The translations under genes were made by a program, and so were the position numbers. DNA of 64,000 bases. Source: Deferribacterales bacterium. Its GTDB lineage: Bacteria > Chrysiogenota > Deferribacteres > Deferribacterales > Geovibrionaceae. The stretch covers positions 64,001 to 128,000 of the forward strand of contig JBFWJS010000006.1 in the NCBI GenBank assembly GCA_050253075.1, written 5' to 3'. This document shows, one piece after another, positions 19,591 to 29,866 of the stretch (the stretch's first letter is position 1; the number at the start of each line of letters is the position of its first letter). The notes under the pieces are model-generated. The model was not told where the DNA came from, ran no database searches, and worked only from the letters and a program-made list of their open reading frames with translations.

Positions 19591-20967
19591 TTATCTTCCC
19601 CCTACTGTTATCTGCGGAATACGCAGTGTCGGCTGTGCGTCTGATACGGGAACTCCCTGTCCCTCTTTACCGCATGTGCCTATGCCGAATCCGATGTCGG
19701 TTCCGACCATATCTATTTCCTGCATCACCTTCGGTCCGTTGCCTATCAGTGTGGCATTTTTGACCGGATCACACAGTTTACCTTTCTCTATTGTGTATCC
19801 CTCTGTTACTTCGAATACGAAGTCGCCGGTGACGGTGTTCACCTGTCCGCCGCCCATGCGGGATACATACAGCCCTTTATCCACAGACTTTATGATGTCC
19901 TCAGGCTTGTCGCTGCCGGGCATTATCATAGTGTTTGTCATGCGGACTATCGGTCTGTGGCGATAGCTTTCACGCCTGCCGTTCCCTGTGAGGTTTATCC
20001 CCTCTTTATAGCTGTACAGGCGGTCTGTCATATAGTTTTTCAGCACGCCTTTCTCTATCAGCATATTTGCGCCTGCCTTCACCCCTTCGTCGTCATAGAG
20101 GTAAGTGCCGCGCATATGTTCCAGTGTACCATTATCTGATACGTTTATGATATCTGAGGCAACCTTCTGCCCCAGCTTATCAGCGTATACGCTCATGCCG
20201 TTGCATGCGAGGTCGGCCTCGAGCCCGTGCCCCACAGCCTCGTGCACCATTGTGCCCCCTGCCGATGAGCCTATCACCACAGCCATCATCCCCGCAGGTG
20301 CATGCTTTGCGCTGAGGTTTTTCAGTGCCAGTCTGGCGGATTCCTCTGAAACAGACATGAAGTCGAGCCCTGCGAGCTCCTCCTTGCCGTATACACCGCC
20401 GAGAGGGATATAGCCCTGCTGCATGTCTTTTCCGTCGGATGCCACTGCTGCGGTGTATCCTGTGACGTATGAGAGGCTCTGTGATATATCTGCCCCTTCA
20501 GAGTTCAGGATGCGTGTCTCACGCAGATTTTCCGCATACACGCTGGTGGACTGCACTATCTTTTCATCGACCCTTGCGGCCTTGTCCATAGCCGTCACCA
20601 GCTTTATCTTTTCAGTCACGTCGGTCTTCGGAGCTGTCTTATACAGCTTCACGCTTTCCTTCGTGCTTATCGATATATCTTTGTCATGTCCCGCTTTCAA
20701 AGCAGATGTAAGCTCCGCAGCGGTCTCTTTTATACTTTTTTCGGTGAAGTTGTTAGTATAGGCGAAGAATGTCTTCTCGCCGTCTATTATGCGCATGGAG
20801 ATACCGCCGTCGATGGAGTTCTCCACCATGTCGAGCGATCTGTTTTCGAAGACGGTAGCCTGCTTCACAGAGGATTCTATGAATATCTCGGCATACCTGC
20901 CGTACCCGGAGAGAGACTTAAGCGTGTCATAAAGGAGCCCGTCAGGCACCTTACCATTCGTCGACAT
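19591..20967 (-). CDS. tldD: TldD metalloprotease
   Basis: HEAVGHGLEAD, DDEG, TGNGRRESY, RMTNT, CGKEGQGVPV. Confidence 0.93.
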   Translation of the reverse strand: MSTNGKVPDGLLYDTLKSLSGYGRYAEIFIESSVKQATVFENRSLDMVENSIDGGISMRIIDGEKTFFAYTNNFTEKSIKETAAELTSALKAGHDKDISISTKESVKLYKTAPKTDVTEKIKLVTAMDKAARVDEKIVQSTSVYAENLRETRILNSEGADISQSLSYVTGYTAAVASDGKDMQQGYIPLGGVYGKEELAGLDFMSVSEESARLALKNLSAKHAPAGMMAVVIGSSAGGTMVHEAVGHGLEADLACNGMSVYADKLGQKVASDIINVSDNGTLEHMRGTYLYDDEGVKAGANMLIEKGVLKNYMTDRLYSYKEGINLTGNGRRESYRHRPIVRMTNTMIMPGSDKPEDIIKSVDKGLYVSRMGGGQVNTVTGDFVFEVTEGYTIEKGKLCDPVKNATLIGNGPKVMQEIDMVGTDIGFGIGTCGKEGQGVPVSDAQPTLRIPQITVGGR

Positions 20968-21199
20968 TTTCGCTCTCCTGAGTTTCTATGTTTTCTATGT
21001 ACATTCCGTCCTTTTTCAGCTCGTCGAGGACTCTCAGCACCTTTTCATACATGTCGTTGGTGGAGTATATGACAACGGCACCTGTGGATGCGTCCACTGT
21101 GCGCACTATGCCTATACCTTCGTAAGAGTCCATTATGCTGTTCAGGCGGATGACATCCTTTTTAAGGATGTTGCACTTGATCTTAACCGTGTGAGGCAT
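20951..21199 (-). CDS. DUF4911-like small protein
   Basis: IMDSYEGIGIVRTVD motif; ATG 21199 with GGAG. Confidence 0.7.
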   Translation of the reverse strand: MPHTVKIKCNILKKDVIRLNSIMDSYEGIGIVRTVDASTGAVVIYSTNDMYEKVLRVLDELKKDGMYIENIETQESENVDEW

Positions 21200-21602
21200 C
21201 GTCAAACTCCATGAGGTGCGCCCTGCAGAAATTAAGGACACTGACGACACTCTCCATCTGAAAACGCTTGGAGTTTTCCAGATAGACAACTTCGAGATTC
21301 ATCTTTCTGATTTTTTCTATAAAGTTGGGTATGTCCTCAAGCAGATATTTGAAATCAAAGAGGAAAAACCCGCTTTCGAAAAGAAGCCCCTTCTTACGGA
21401 TGAATATGCCCTCTTTCTTGGCAAATTTGAGATCATCCGCAGCGAGCTTATCTATCTCGGCAGAGAGAGCGCCATAGCTGAAAAGGTCTATCTTTGCACT
21501 CATGCCTCTGCACTTCATGTTGTCCAGATCGTAATCTATAAAGACGGGGAATCTGTCCAGAGATGTAAAGTTGATCTTAAAGATGCCGTTCTCAGGATTC
21601 AA
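21183..21602 (-). CDS. Hypothetical protein
   Basis: Overlaps nusB and DUF4911 in operon fashion; no recognised motif. Confidence 0.65.
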   Translation of the reverse strand: MNPENGIFKINFTSLDRFPVFIDYDLDNMKCRGMSAKIDLFSYGALSAEIDKLAADDLKFAKKEGIFIRKKGLLFESGFFLFDFKYLLEDIPNFIEKIRKMNLEVVYLENSKRFQMESVVSVLNFCRAHLMEFDDASHG

Positions 21603-22035
21603 CAGACCCCTCCGACAGATTGTAATTCTTTCTGATGTTTTCGAGTATACCGTTCACGAGCGATGCGGACTTTTCGTCGCTGTATTTACGTGCAAGTGTC
21701 ACAAAGTCGTTTATAACGGCATAGTACGGTGCTTCCTGACGAAAAAGTTCGTGCACCGCTACTCTCAGAATATCCTTCTCGACCTCGCCCATACGGTCGT
21801 ATGTCCAGTCAGAGCGGATGTATTTAATGATGATCTCGTCATTTGCATCCACAGACTCTGCTGCGCCTTTGAACAGCTTGTTAGCAAACTCTATAACGCT
21901 CTGGTCATCCTCTTTAACGGAAGACCAGAAGTTCTTTGCTATCTCGGCAGGAGTATAGTCTGCCATGAAATACTGATACATCATCATATATGCGAATTTG
22001 CGCGCCTTAGTGCGCCCTTTAAAGTTCTTTTTCAT
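21592..22035 (-). CDS. nusB: Transcription antitermination factor NusB
   Basis: RTKAR arginine-rich N-terminus, W..DRM..EKDILR, LVNGILE; follows ribH. Confidence 0.93.
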   Translation of the reverse strand: MKKNFKGRTKARKFAYMMMYQYFMADYTPAEIAKNFWSSVKEDDQSVIEFANKLFKGAAESVDANDEIIIKYIRSDWTYDRMGEVEKDILRVAVHELFRQEAPYYAVINDFVTLARKYSDEKSASLVNGILENIRKNYNLSEGSVES

Positions 22036-22509
22036 CTAGACCATCTTCATAACGTTGACCATCTCCAGAGCGGACATAGCTACTTCTGCGCCTTTGTTGC
22101 CGTGCTTTGTACCGGCTCTTTCTATCGCCTGCTCGATGGTGTCTGTTGTCAGTACGCCGAAGATAACAGGTACGCCTGTATCCAGAGCAACCTTAGCAAC
22201 ACCCTTAGCCACTTCGGATGAAACATACTCGAAGTGAGGCGTGGAACCTCTGATAACAGCGCCGAGTGTGATGACAGCATCGTACTTGCCTGTGTCTGCG
22301 ATCTTTTTGCAGAGGAGAGGTATCTCGAAAGCTCCGGGAACTTTATAGACCTCTATATCTGATTCAGCAGCCTCGTGACGCACGAGTGCATCCACGGCAC
22401 CGCCGATAAGGCTCTTAGTTATAAAATCATTGAAACGTCCTGCGACAATGGCGAATTTAAGCCCTTTACCGCTATAAATACCCTGATGAGTTACTACGTT
22501 CATACCCAT
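22036..22509 (-). CDS. ribH: 6,7-dimethyl-8-ribityllumazine synthase
   Basis: [31 protein letters not shown]. Confidence 0.97.
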   Translation of the reverse strand: MGMNVVTHQGIYSGKGLKFAIVAGRFNDFITKSLIGGAVDALVRHEAAESDIEVYKVPGAFEIPLLCKKIADTGKYDAVITLGAVIRGSTPHFEYVSSEVAKGVAKVALDTGVPVIFGVLTTDTIEQAIERAGTKHGNKGAEVAMSALEMVNVMKMV

Positions 22510-22514
22510 CCTCC

Positions 22515-23735
22515 TTAATCTATGTCGAGATGGTGTCCCATCTTCTCTTTTTTAGTTTTCAGATATGTTTCGTTATACGTGTTTACACCGCAAGTGATGC
22601 CAACACGCTCTACCACCTGCAGACCAAAGCCCGAAAGTGAGCGCATCTTCTTAGGGTTGTTGGTCATAAGCCTGATGTCCTTTATCCCTACGTGACGCAT
22701 AATCTGTGCACCGAAACCGTAGTCCCTGAGGTCTTCCTCAAAGCCCAGCTCGATATTTGCCTGTATGGTATCCATCCCTTCATCCTGAAGGTGATAGGCG
22801 TTTATCTTGTTAAGTATACCAATTCCTCGGCCTTCTTGGAACATATATAGTATCACGCCCCTTCCTTCCTGCTCGATGAGCTCCATAGCACGGTGCAGCT
22901 GAGGGCCGCAGTCGCATCTGGCAGAGCCGAAAACGTCCCCTGTGAGGCACTGTGAGTGAACTCTGAGGAGAACAGGTTCAGGAGTGGTGATATCACCCTT
23001 CCAGAGCACGACAGCCTCCTGGCCGTCCACTTTGCTCTTAAAGCCTGTCATGTTGAAGTTACCGAAGAGTGTCGGCATCTTTGCCACCATTGTCTCTTCG
23101 ATGAGCTGTTCGTGATCCATACGGTATGTGATGAGGTCGGCGATGGTGAGTATCTTGAGGTCGTGTTCCTCGGCGAATACTTCGAGCTCAGGCATACGTG
23201 CCATAGAGCCGTCGTCGTTCATTATCTCGCATATCACTGCGCCGTGGTTGTTAAGCCCTGCGAGTCTCGCAAGGTCGACGGAGCCTTCTGTCTGTCCTGT
23301 ACGGACAAGTACGCCCCCTTCACGGGCACGCAGCGGGAATATGTGTCCCGGTCTGGCGAGGTCTTCTGCGCCTTTTGTAGGGTCGTTCGCCACACGCACG
23401 GTCTGAGCCCTGTCGTGTGCGGATATACCTGTCGTAACGCCCTCTTTCGCCTCGATAGACACTGTGAATGCAGTGCCGAATCTGGCGGAGTTGCTGTCTT
23501 CCCTGACCATGAGGTCGAGCCCCAGCTTGTCGCATCTTTCAGACGGCATGGCGAGGCATATAAGCCCTCTGCCGTATTTCGCCATGAAATTTATCTTTTC
23601 CGGTGTGACAAAATCAGCGGCGAAAACAAGGTCGCCCTCGTTCTCTCTGTCTTCGTCGTCGGTAAGTATTACCATTTTGCCGTTGCGGATGTCTTCTAAC
23701 GCTTCCTCAACGGAGCAAAGTCTGCTCTTTGACAT
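22515..23735 (-). CDS. ribBA: Bifunctional DHBP synthase / GTP cyclohydrolase II
   Basis: [44 protein letters not shown]. Confidence 0.97.
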   Translation of the reverse strand: MSKSRLCSVEEALEDIRNGKMVILTDDEDRENEGDLVFAADFVTPEKINFMAKYGRGLICLAMPSERCDKLGLDLMVREDSNSARFGTAFTVSIEAKEGVTTGISAHDRAQTVRVANDPTKGAEDLARPGHIFPLRAREGGVLVRTGQTEGSVDLARLAGLNNHGAVICEIMNDDGSMARMPELEVFAEEHDLKILTIADLITYRMDHEQLIEETMVAKMPTLFGNFNMTGFKSKVDGQEAVVLWKGDITTPEPVLLRVHSQCLTGDVFGSARCDCGPQLHRAMELIEQEGRGVILYMFQEGRGIGILNKINAYHLQDEGMDTIQANIELGFEEDLRDYGFGAQIMRHVGIKDIRLMTNNPKKMRSLSGFGLQVVERVGITCGVNTYNETYLKTKKEKMGHHLDID

Positions 23736-24382
23736 TAATAGTCCTCCTGTCCCAGCAAACCGTTCAGATTGTTCATCAATGTATCTGTCTTTTCTGAACT
23801 TTTCAATAATTTCTCGAGATATCTGGATATCATATCGACCTCCAGATTCACTTTTGCTCCCTGACGTTTACCTTTCAGGGAAGTTCCTTCATATGTATGC
23901 GGTATCACCGCCACTTCAAAAGAGCCCCTTTCGCATTTCGCAGTGGTCAGGCTTATGCCGTCCACGCATATAGAGCCTTTGGCAGCGATATACTTATCTA
24001 TCTCTTCGGGATAGCGCACGGTCAGCACGTATGCCGACTGATTCTGCGTGAGCTTTTCGATAACTCCCACAGCGTCCACGTGCCCGCTGACGAGGTGTCC
24101 GCCCAGTCTGGTGGATAGCGTCAGCGCACGTTCAAGGTTCACGGCAGAGCCGTTTGCAGCATCAGCGAACGTACTTTTTTTAATAGTCTCGTAGGAAATG
24201 TCAGCGGTAAAGATGCCCGAGCTCATGGACGTAACGGTAAGGCATACGCCGTTCACGGCTATACTGTCGCCTATCTGCGAGCCCTCTAGCACTTTCGAAC
24301 ATTTTATCTTAAGAACGGCAAAATCACCCTTTCTGTCGATGGATGCTATATGACCGGTCTCTTCGACAATCCCTGTAAACAT
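23735..24382 (-). CDS. ribE: Riboflavin synthase alpha chain
   Basis: MFTGIVEE, NGVCLT, VNLER, GGHLVSGHVD. Confidence 0.96.
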   Translation of the reverse strand: MFTGIVEETGHIASIDRKGDFAVLKIKCSKVLEGSQIGDSIAVNGVCLTVTSMSSGIFTADISYETIKKSTFADAANGSAVNLERALTLSTRLGGHLVSGHVDAVGVIEKLTQNQSAYVLTVRYPEEIDKYIAAKGSICVDGISLTTAKCERGSFEVAVIPHTYEGTSLKGKRQGAKVNLEVDMISRYLEKLLKSSEKTDTLMNNLNGLLGQEDY

Positions 24383-24384
24383 CT

Positions 24385-25545
24385 CTATTTATCCCTTCCG
24401 CAGCCGCATGCACAGCATCCTCTGACATATTCTGTAAGGTCAAGGATAGGCTTTTTATAATCGTGCAGTTTACCGCTGATCATAAGGTCGCCTTCGAACT
24501 GTTTCGACTGTATCTCTTTCAGTTTATAAGCCTCTGCGATGGTAGCCGCACCCTCTCCTGCGATGGATGATGCGCCTCCGCCGAGCACTCTCATAGCGAT
24601 GATGAATGTGGCTCTGTCTATCAGGCCTGCATCGAGGAACTTGCCCGCTGTGCGTCCGCCCCCTTCTATCATCACGTTCATAATGTCTCTTTTGACCAGC
24701 TCGTCCGAGAGCTTATCGAGGTCTAGCCCGCCTTCACCGCCGAGGATGATCACATCCACGCCCTTTTCAGCGAGAATCTTTGATGTCTCAGTCTCCGCAC
24801 ATGTCACGTATATCAGCTTGTCTGCGCTGTTTGTGACGAGCTTTCTGTCGATAGGCATGCGTCCTTTCGGGTCTAGCACTATCTTGTATGGGTCACGGTC
24901 AGATTTCAGCATTCTTACATTCAGCTCGGGGTCGTCGGCTATGACGGTGTTTACACCCACAAGCACAGCGTCGGATACGGCACGCATATAGTGTCCGTAT
25001 GTACGTGATGCTTCGGATGTTATCCATTTGGAGTCCCCTGTTTTGGAAGCTATGCGTCCGTCGAGGGTCTGAGCTGTTTTAAGGGAATAGTAAGGCTTTT
25101 TCTCTGTGATATATTTTGCAAAGTCCTCTATGAGCGAAGCACAGAGGTCTTCCATATATCCTACATAAACCTCTACACCGTGGTGTTTGAGGTAGTCCAC
25201 GCCTTTGCCTGCCACCTGCGGGTTCGGGTCTACGCATCCGATGAAGACACGCTTTATGCCGGAGGCGACTATCTTCTCCACGCATGGCGGAGTTTTGCCG
25301 TGATGAGAGCAAGGCTCAAGTGTCACGTAAAGATCGAGTCCTTTTGTATCCACAGGGCATGAGTCTATGGCGTTCACCTCTGCGTGAGGCCCGCCGTATG
25401 CCATGTGCCACCCACGTGAAAGTATCTCGCTCTGATTAGCGACGATAGCCCCCACCACAGGGTTTGTTTTAGTATATCCTTTACCCATGAGTGCCAGTTG
25501 AGCGCACTCCTGCATAACGTCTAATGGATTAAGAAGCTTTTCCAA
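24385..25545 (-). CDS. ribD: Riboflavin biosynthesis deaminase/reductase
   Basis: NPVVG, HAE, TLEPCSHHGKTPPC, SKWIT, IEGG; TTG start. Confidence 0.96.
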   Translation of the reverse strand: MEKLLNPLDVMQECAQLALMGKGYTKTNPVVGAIVANQSEILSRGWHMAYGGPHAEVNAIDSCPVDTKGLDLYVTLEPCSHHGKTPPCVEKIVASGIKRVFIGCVDPNPQVAGKGVDYLKHHGVEVYVGYMEDLCASLIEDFAKYITEKKPYYSLKTAQTLDGRIASKTGDSKWITSEASRTYGHYMRAVSDAVLVGVNTVIADDPELNVRMLKSDRDPYKIVLDPKGRMPIDRKLVTNSADKLIYVTCAETETSKILAEKGVDVIILGGEGGLDLDKLSDELVKRDIMNVMIEGGGRTAGKFLDAGLIDRATFIIAMRVLGGGASSIAGEGAATIAEAYKLKEIQSKQFEGDLMISGKLHDYKKPILDLTEYVRGCCACGCGRDK

Positions 25546-26119
25546 CTTTCCTCTCCGTTCCGTTTAATATCCTGCTGATGTTACTCCTGTGCAATATAAT
25601 TATCAGGAGTGCTATCACAATAGTAAAATACTTCAGATGCTCCCACTCGGAGATAAACCATGCCGAAACGGCTATGGTGACCGCCGCACATATTGAGCTG
25701 AGGGATATCATTCTGAAGGAATATATCATAACAGCAAAAACCACGGCTGCAATGCCTGTGGAGATAGGCGCAAGCGCTATGAAAACACCGAGCCCCGTTG
25801 CGACACCCTTCCCCCCTTTGAATCCGAGGAAGATAGTGAATGTATGCCCCAGCACCACGGATATAGCACCGAGCAGTACAAGGTCGCTCTCTCCGTACAT
25901 GATCTTCAGCACGAGGACAGGTATCAGCCCTTTAAGCGCATCGATGAGCAGAACAGTGATGAATCCCCATTTCCCCAGAACACGTGAAGCATTGCTCGCC
26001 CCGACATTACCGCTGCCGACAGTGCGTATGTCCACACCCTTCAGCTTTTTCACCAGTATGTATGCCGTCGGCAGAGAACCGATAAGGTAGCATATTAAGA
26101 TTATTAAAGCTATTGTCAT
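25529..26119 (-). CDS. plsY: Glycerol-3-phosphate acyltransferase PlsY
   Basis: GSGNVGASN, DALKG, FKGGKGVAT, HRSNI. Confidence 0.95.
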   Translation of the reverse strand: MTIALIILICYLIGSLPTAYILVKKLKGVDIRTVGSGNVGASNASRVLGKWGFITVLLIDALKGLIPVLVLKIMYGESDLVLLGAISVVLGHTFTIFLGFKGGKGVATGLGVFIALAPISTGIAAVVFAVMIYSFRMISLSSICAAVTIAVSAWFISEWEHLKYFTIVIALLIIILHRSNISRILNGTERKVGKAS

Positions 26120-27198
26120 CTGTTCACCATAAGTTTGTGCAGCCATGAGCGTTCCAGCCCGACAGCGTCAGACTCGCAGACCTCATGACAGCAGAAACAT
26201 TCTATACATTTCTTCTTATCTACGAAAGGAAAATCCTCGACCATACTTATAGCATCCACAGGGCAGCTCTTAACGCAGAGCATGCACTTAATGCATTTAT
26301 CATTCAGCACCACAGGCTTTACGTAAACCTGCTTTGCCACCAGTCTTTTTATCGAAGGGGGCAGGTACATTTTCTTTGTCATAGGCTTCTTTATCAGAGG
26401 CACATTTGTCTCGGGCACGTCCACCTGCTCAGGGTCGTATCCCGCCTTTATAGCGGCTTTCGTCGTGAGGCAGAAGTCGTCCCTGATGCCGACCATACGT
26501 GTGACGGCTATGTCGAGCCCAACGGCATCGGACGATGCCCCCGCTATGCCGAGAGATATCGGTGTACCTTTCGAGGGGCCGTCCCCCTCCATAGCGATAA
26601 TGCCGTCTATTATGTTAAGGGTTTTACCGTTTAATATGCTGAAGAATTTATGTATCTGGGCGGCAAGGATGTCATCCTGAGGGAAGTCCCTGTGGTAGCC
26701 CACCTTTAATGTCCCCGGGATAAGCCCGAAGAGGTTTTTGACAGAGAGTGTCAGCCCTGTGAGGGAGTGTGTTTTCAGCTTTGGCAGGTTGATGATAAGG
26801 TCTACCTTATCCGCAAGGGATGAATAGACCACGCCGTCCCTGTTTACAGGCTCAAAGCTCTCTACTTTGACTATCTTTACGCCTGTTTCCTCGGCGACCT
26901 GCGCCATACCCGTAACCTCGAGGACACGCTCGTATTTCCCGAAGTTTGCCCCCGGGCTGTCGCCCAGCCAGAGCTCCGCTTCGGTATATTTCTGAAGTTT
27001 TTCGATTACTGTTTTGACAAAATACGGATTGGTAGTGACAGCCTTTTCAGGCTCTGCCGCAGATAGAAGGTTAGGTTTTATCAGGATGAGCTTTGCTTCC
27101 TTCAGCCTTGCCTTCTCGCTCTTGAAATAGTTTTCAATCATCTTACCGAGGGCTTCGTCCCCGTAGCCTTCGCAGTGTGCTTTAAATATGCTGTTCAT
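26116..27198 (-). CDS. DUF362 protein with C-terminal 2x[4Fe-4S] domain
   Basis: LIKPN, NLPKLKTH, KNLFG, MEGDGP; CIKCMLCVKSCP and CIECFCCHEVC. Confidence 0.88.
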   Translation of the reverse strand: MNSIFKAHCEGYGDEALGKMIENYFKSEKARLKEAKLILIKPNLLSAAEPEKAVTTNPYFVKTVIEKLQKYTEAELWLGDSPGANFGKYERVLEVTGMAQVAEETGVKIVKVESFEPVNRDGVVYSSLADKVDLIINLPKLKTHSLTGLTLSVKNLFGLIPGTLKVGYHRDFPQDDILAAQIHKFFSILNGKTLNIIDGIIAMEGDGPSKGTPISLGIAGASSDAVGLDIAVTRMVGIRDDFCLTTKAAIKAGYDPEQVDVPETNVPLIKKPMTKKMYLPPSIKRLVAKQVYVKPVVLNDKCIKCMLCVKSCPVDAISMVEDFPFVDKKKCIECFCCHEVCESDAVGLERSWLHKLMVNR

Positions 27199-27772
27199 CT
27201 TCCGTTTGTTCCGACTGCTGAAGCCTGTAGGACTTAGCATAATTCTGGAAATAAACCCAGCCGGAATGCAGTGAGAGTATTACTGACACATAAACGATGA
27301 GCTTACCTATCAGCATTACGTCTATGCTATATAAAGGATTTTTCCATATGATGGCACCGACGCCTATCATCTGGAAAACCGTCTTAATCTTTCCGCCTCT
27401 GCCCGCAGCGATAACAGTACCGTTAGTGGCAGCTACATTCCTCAGAGCACCGATCAGCAGGTCTCTGCCTATCAGAATGATGACAACGACAGCCTCCAGC
27501 CTGCCCAGCTCCACAAGGAGCACAAGGGCAGCAGTGACAAGTATCTTGTCTGCTACAGGGTCGAGTATTTTACCGAGGTCTGTTACGATATTTCTGCTTC
27601 GGGCTATGTGACCGTCTACAAGGTCTGTGAGTGCTGTAAATGTATAAATAACTGTGGCTGCTATGTTTGTCCAGTATCTGTCAAAGTAGAGCAGCACTAT
27701 AAACACAGGTACTAAAGCTATCCTAGCCAGCGTTATCTTATTAGCGATGTTCATCTGGTTTCGAAATGGCAT
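27182..27772 (-). CDS. pgsA: CDP-diacylglycerol--glycerol-3-phosphate 3-phosphatidyltransferase
   Basis: NKITLAR, TDLVDGHIAR..GKILDPVADK, GKIKT. Confidence 0.94.
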   Translation of the reverse strand: MPFRNQMNIANKITLARIALVPVFIVLLYFDRYWTNIAATVIYTFTALTDLVDGHIARSRNIVTDLGKILDPVADKILVTAALVLLVELGRLEAVVVIILIGRDLLIGALRNVAATNGTVIAAGRGGKIKTVFQMIGVGAIIWKNPLYSIDVMLIGKLIVYVSVILSLHSGWVYFQNYAKSYRLQQSEQTEDEQHI

Positions 27773-27797
27773 AATAATTCCCCTAAATTCATGCGTG

Positions 27798-27826
27798 ATT
27801 ATACATACAGCGCATCAAATATTCCA
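27798..27826 (-). promoter_or_regulatory. Possible internal sigma-70 promoter for pgsA and downstream genes
   Basis: TGGAAT-N17-TATAAT in the 77-bp ptsI-pgsA gap. Confidence 0.4.
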
Positions 27827-27849
27827 GCAATATTATTGTTATAGATAAT

Positions 27850-29595
27850 TTAATGGAAATATACGTCGGAACATTTCTCTTCGATGAAACGCTCGACATG
27901 TTCTTCTGCCAGTTTGGCAATTTTTATATCCAGAAGCTCGTCCACCAGCTTTTCACAGTCGCTTATGTTCAGAGCCCTTATGATCATCCTTGCTTTCAGC
28001 AGTCCCGCAGGGCTCATGCTGAGGTTTCGAAAGCCCAGCCCGAGCAGCATAGGGATATATTTCGGTTCGCCTGCGATCTCTCCGCAGACGGTGCATCCTA
28101 TGCCTGCGTTGTTTGCGCTGTCGATTATCTTTTTCAGAGTGCGTATCACAGCAGGGTGTGCAGGCCTGTAGAGGTATGCGACAAACTCGTTATTACGGTC
28201 TATTCCCAGCGTATACTGGATAAGGTCATTTGTACCGACGCTGAAGTAGTCCACCTCTGCAGCGATAAAATCGCTTATAACAGCCAGAGAAGGCAGCTCC
28301 ATCATAACGCCGACCTTTATGTCTTCATTAAACGCTACGCCCTCTTCCCTCAGCTCTTCCTTCGCCTTGCTGAGTGCTGCGGAGCATCTGTAATACTCCT
28401 CCATCCCTGATATCATAGGGAAGAGTATCTGTATCTCTCCGTATGCGGATGCACGGAGTATCGCGCGGAGCTGTTTATTGAAAAAGTCGTGATATTTTAG
28501 CGAGTAACGCACGGCACGCAGTCCCATAGCGGGGTTCTGCTCATCGGGATGAGGCATATACTTCGACAGCTTGTCCGCTCCGAGGTCGAATGTTCGCACT
28601 ACTATAGGCTTGTTGCTGCCGTTCTCATGCACTGCCTCTTTCAATATCTGAAACTGCTTCTCCTCCGATACGTTTCCATGCTCCATATAGATGTATTCCG
28701 TACGGTAGAGCCCTACTCCGTCATGGTTATAAGCGGCGGAGAGGTGCAGCTCGTCATTCAGCTCCACATTGCTGTAGGTATGTATGCGTGTGCCGTCTTT
28801 TGTGACGGGTTCTTCATGCTTGAGCTTTGCCAGCTCTTTTATATATTCTTCGTATCTCTTGTCTTTTGTGGCATAGCTATCCAGAGTCTCTTCGTCCGGA
28901 TCAACTATCACCACACCTTCAAAGCCGTCTACGATAACAACATCACCGTTCTTAGCTGCGGACGCTATATCCTCCAGCCCCACAACGGCAGGTATGCCCA
29001 GCGAGCGGGCAAGGATAGACGTGTGCGATGTCTTACTGCCCAGATCGGTGGCAAAGCCTTTTATATGCTTTTTTGTCATCTGAGACGTATCTGACGGTGT
29101 CAGGTCGTGCGCTATGATGATGTCCGCATTGGTGGCGTCCAGCACGGTATCCATCTCTTCGTCGCTCATAAAGCGCAGTATCTTCTGTACCACGTTGTTT
29201 ATGTCCGACTTCCTCTCCCGCAGGTATTCATTAGGGGATTTGTCAAACTGGCTCATGAGGTATCCGCCCGATTTACTCAGGGCATATTCCGCATTTACCA
29301 GATCCTTTTCGATGGTCTGCTCTGCCTCGCCTATCAGCATATTGTCACGCAGCAGCATCAGGTATATGTCAAAGATGAATGCGTGCTCCTCTGTGAGAGA
29401 GTCCTCGCTCATGGTCTTTGATGTGCTGATGAAGTCCGCTGTTTTTTCAATGGCGTTTGCAAGTTTCTGCTTTTCAGACGCTACTTCATTGGCAGAGATA
29501 TTGTACCTGCGTACGTTTATCTTTTGTCTGTCCAGAATGTAACAGCGTCCGATGGATATACCGTCGCTGGACGCTATACCCTTAAGTGTTTTCAA
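27850..29595 (-). CDS. ptsI: PTS enzyme I
   Basis: TSHTSILARSLGIP phospho-His, GLYRTE, RTFDLG, NPAMGLR, GTNDLIQY, CGE; no N-terminal GAF domain. Confidence 0.96.
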   Translation of the reverse strand: MKTLKGIASSDGISIGRCYILDRQKINVRRYNISANEVASEKQKLANAIEKTADFISTSKTMSEDSLTEEHAFIFDIYLMLLRDNMLIGEAEQTIEKDLVNAEYALSKSGGYLMSQFDKSPNEYLRERKSDINNVVQKILRFMSDEEMDTVLDATNADIIIAHDLTPSDTSQMTKKHIKGFATDLGSKTSHTSILARSLGIPAVVGLEDIASAAKNGDVVIVDGFEGVVIVDPDEETLDSYATKDKRYEEYIKELAKLKHEEPVTKDGTRIHTYSNVELNDELHLSAAYNHDGVGLYRTEYIYMEHGNVSEEKQFQILKEAVHENGSNKPIVVRTFDLGADKLSKYMPHPDEQNPAMGLRAVRYSLKYHDFFNKQLRAILRASAYGEIQILFPMISGMEEYYRCSAALSKAKEELREEGVAFNEDIKVGVMMELPSLAVISDFIAAEVDYFSVGTNDLIQYTLGIDRNNEFVAYLYRPAHPAVIRTLKKIIDSANNAGIGCTVCGEIAGEPKYIPMLLGLGFRNLSMSPAGLLKARMIIRALNISDCEKLVDELLDIKIAKLAEEHVERFIEEKCSDVYFH

Positions 29596-29864
29596 CGTTC
29601 TTCACCAAATCTGTTTGTAATGAGGTCTTTCAGTGCGGAAAAAGCCTCTTGCTCGTCTTCACCGCAAATATCAAGATGTATGCTTGACCCTTTGCTTGCC
29701 GCCAGCATCATAAGTCCCATGATGCTCTTGCCGTTTACTTCCATTCCGTCTTTGGACACTTTGATATCCGATCGGAATTTTTCAGAAGTTTTGACAAATG
29801 CGCCGGCAGCCCTTGCGTGCATTCCGAGCTCGTTTACAATCTCAACTTGTTCTTTAACTCCCAA
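29592..29864 (-). CDS. ptsH: Phosphocarrier protein HPr
   Basis: LGMHARAA (His15) and GKSIMGLM (Ser46). Confidence 0.96.
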   Translation of the reverse strand: MGVKEQVEIVNELGMHARAAGAFVKTSEKFRSDIKVSKDGMEVNGKSIMGLMMLAASKGSSIHLDICGEDEQEAFSALKDLITNRFGEER

Positions 29865-29866
29865 AC

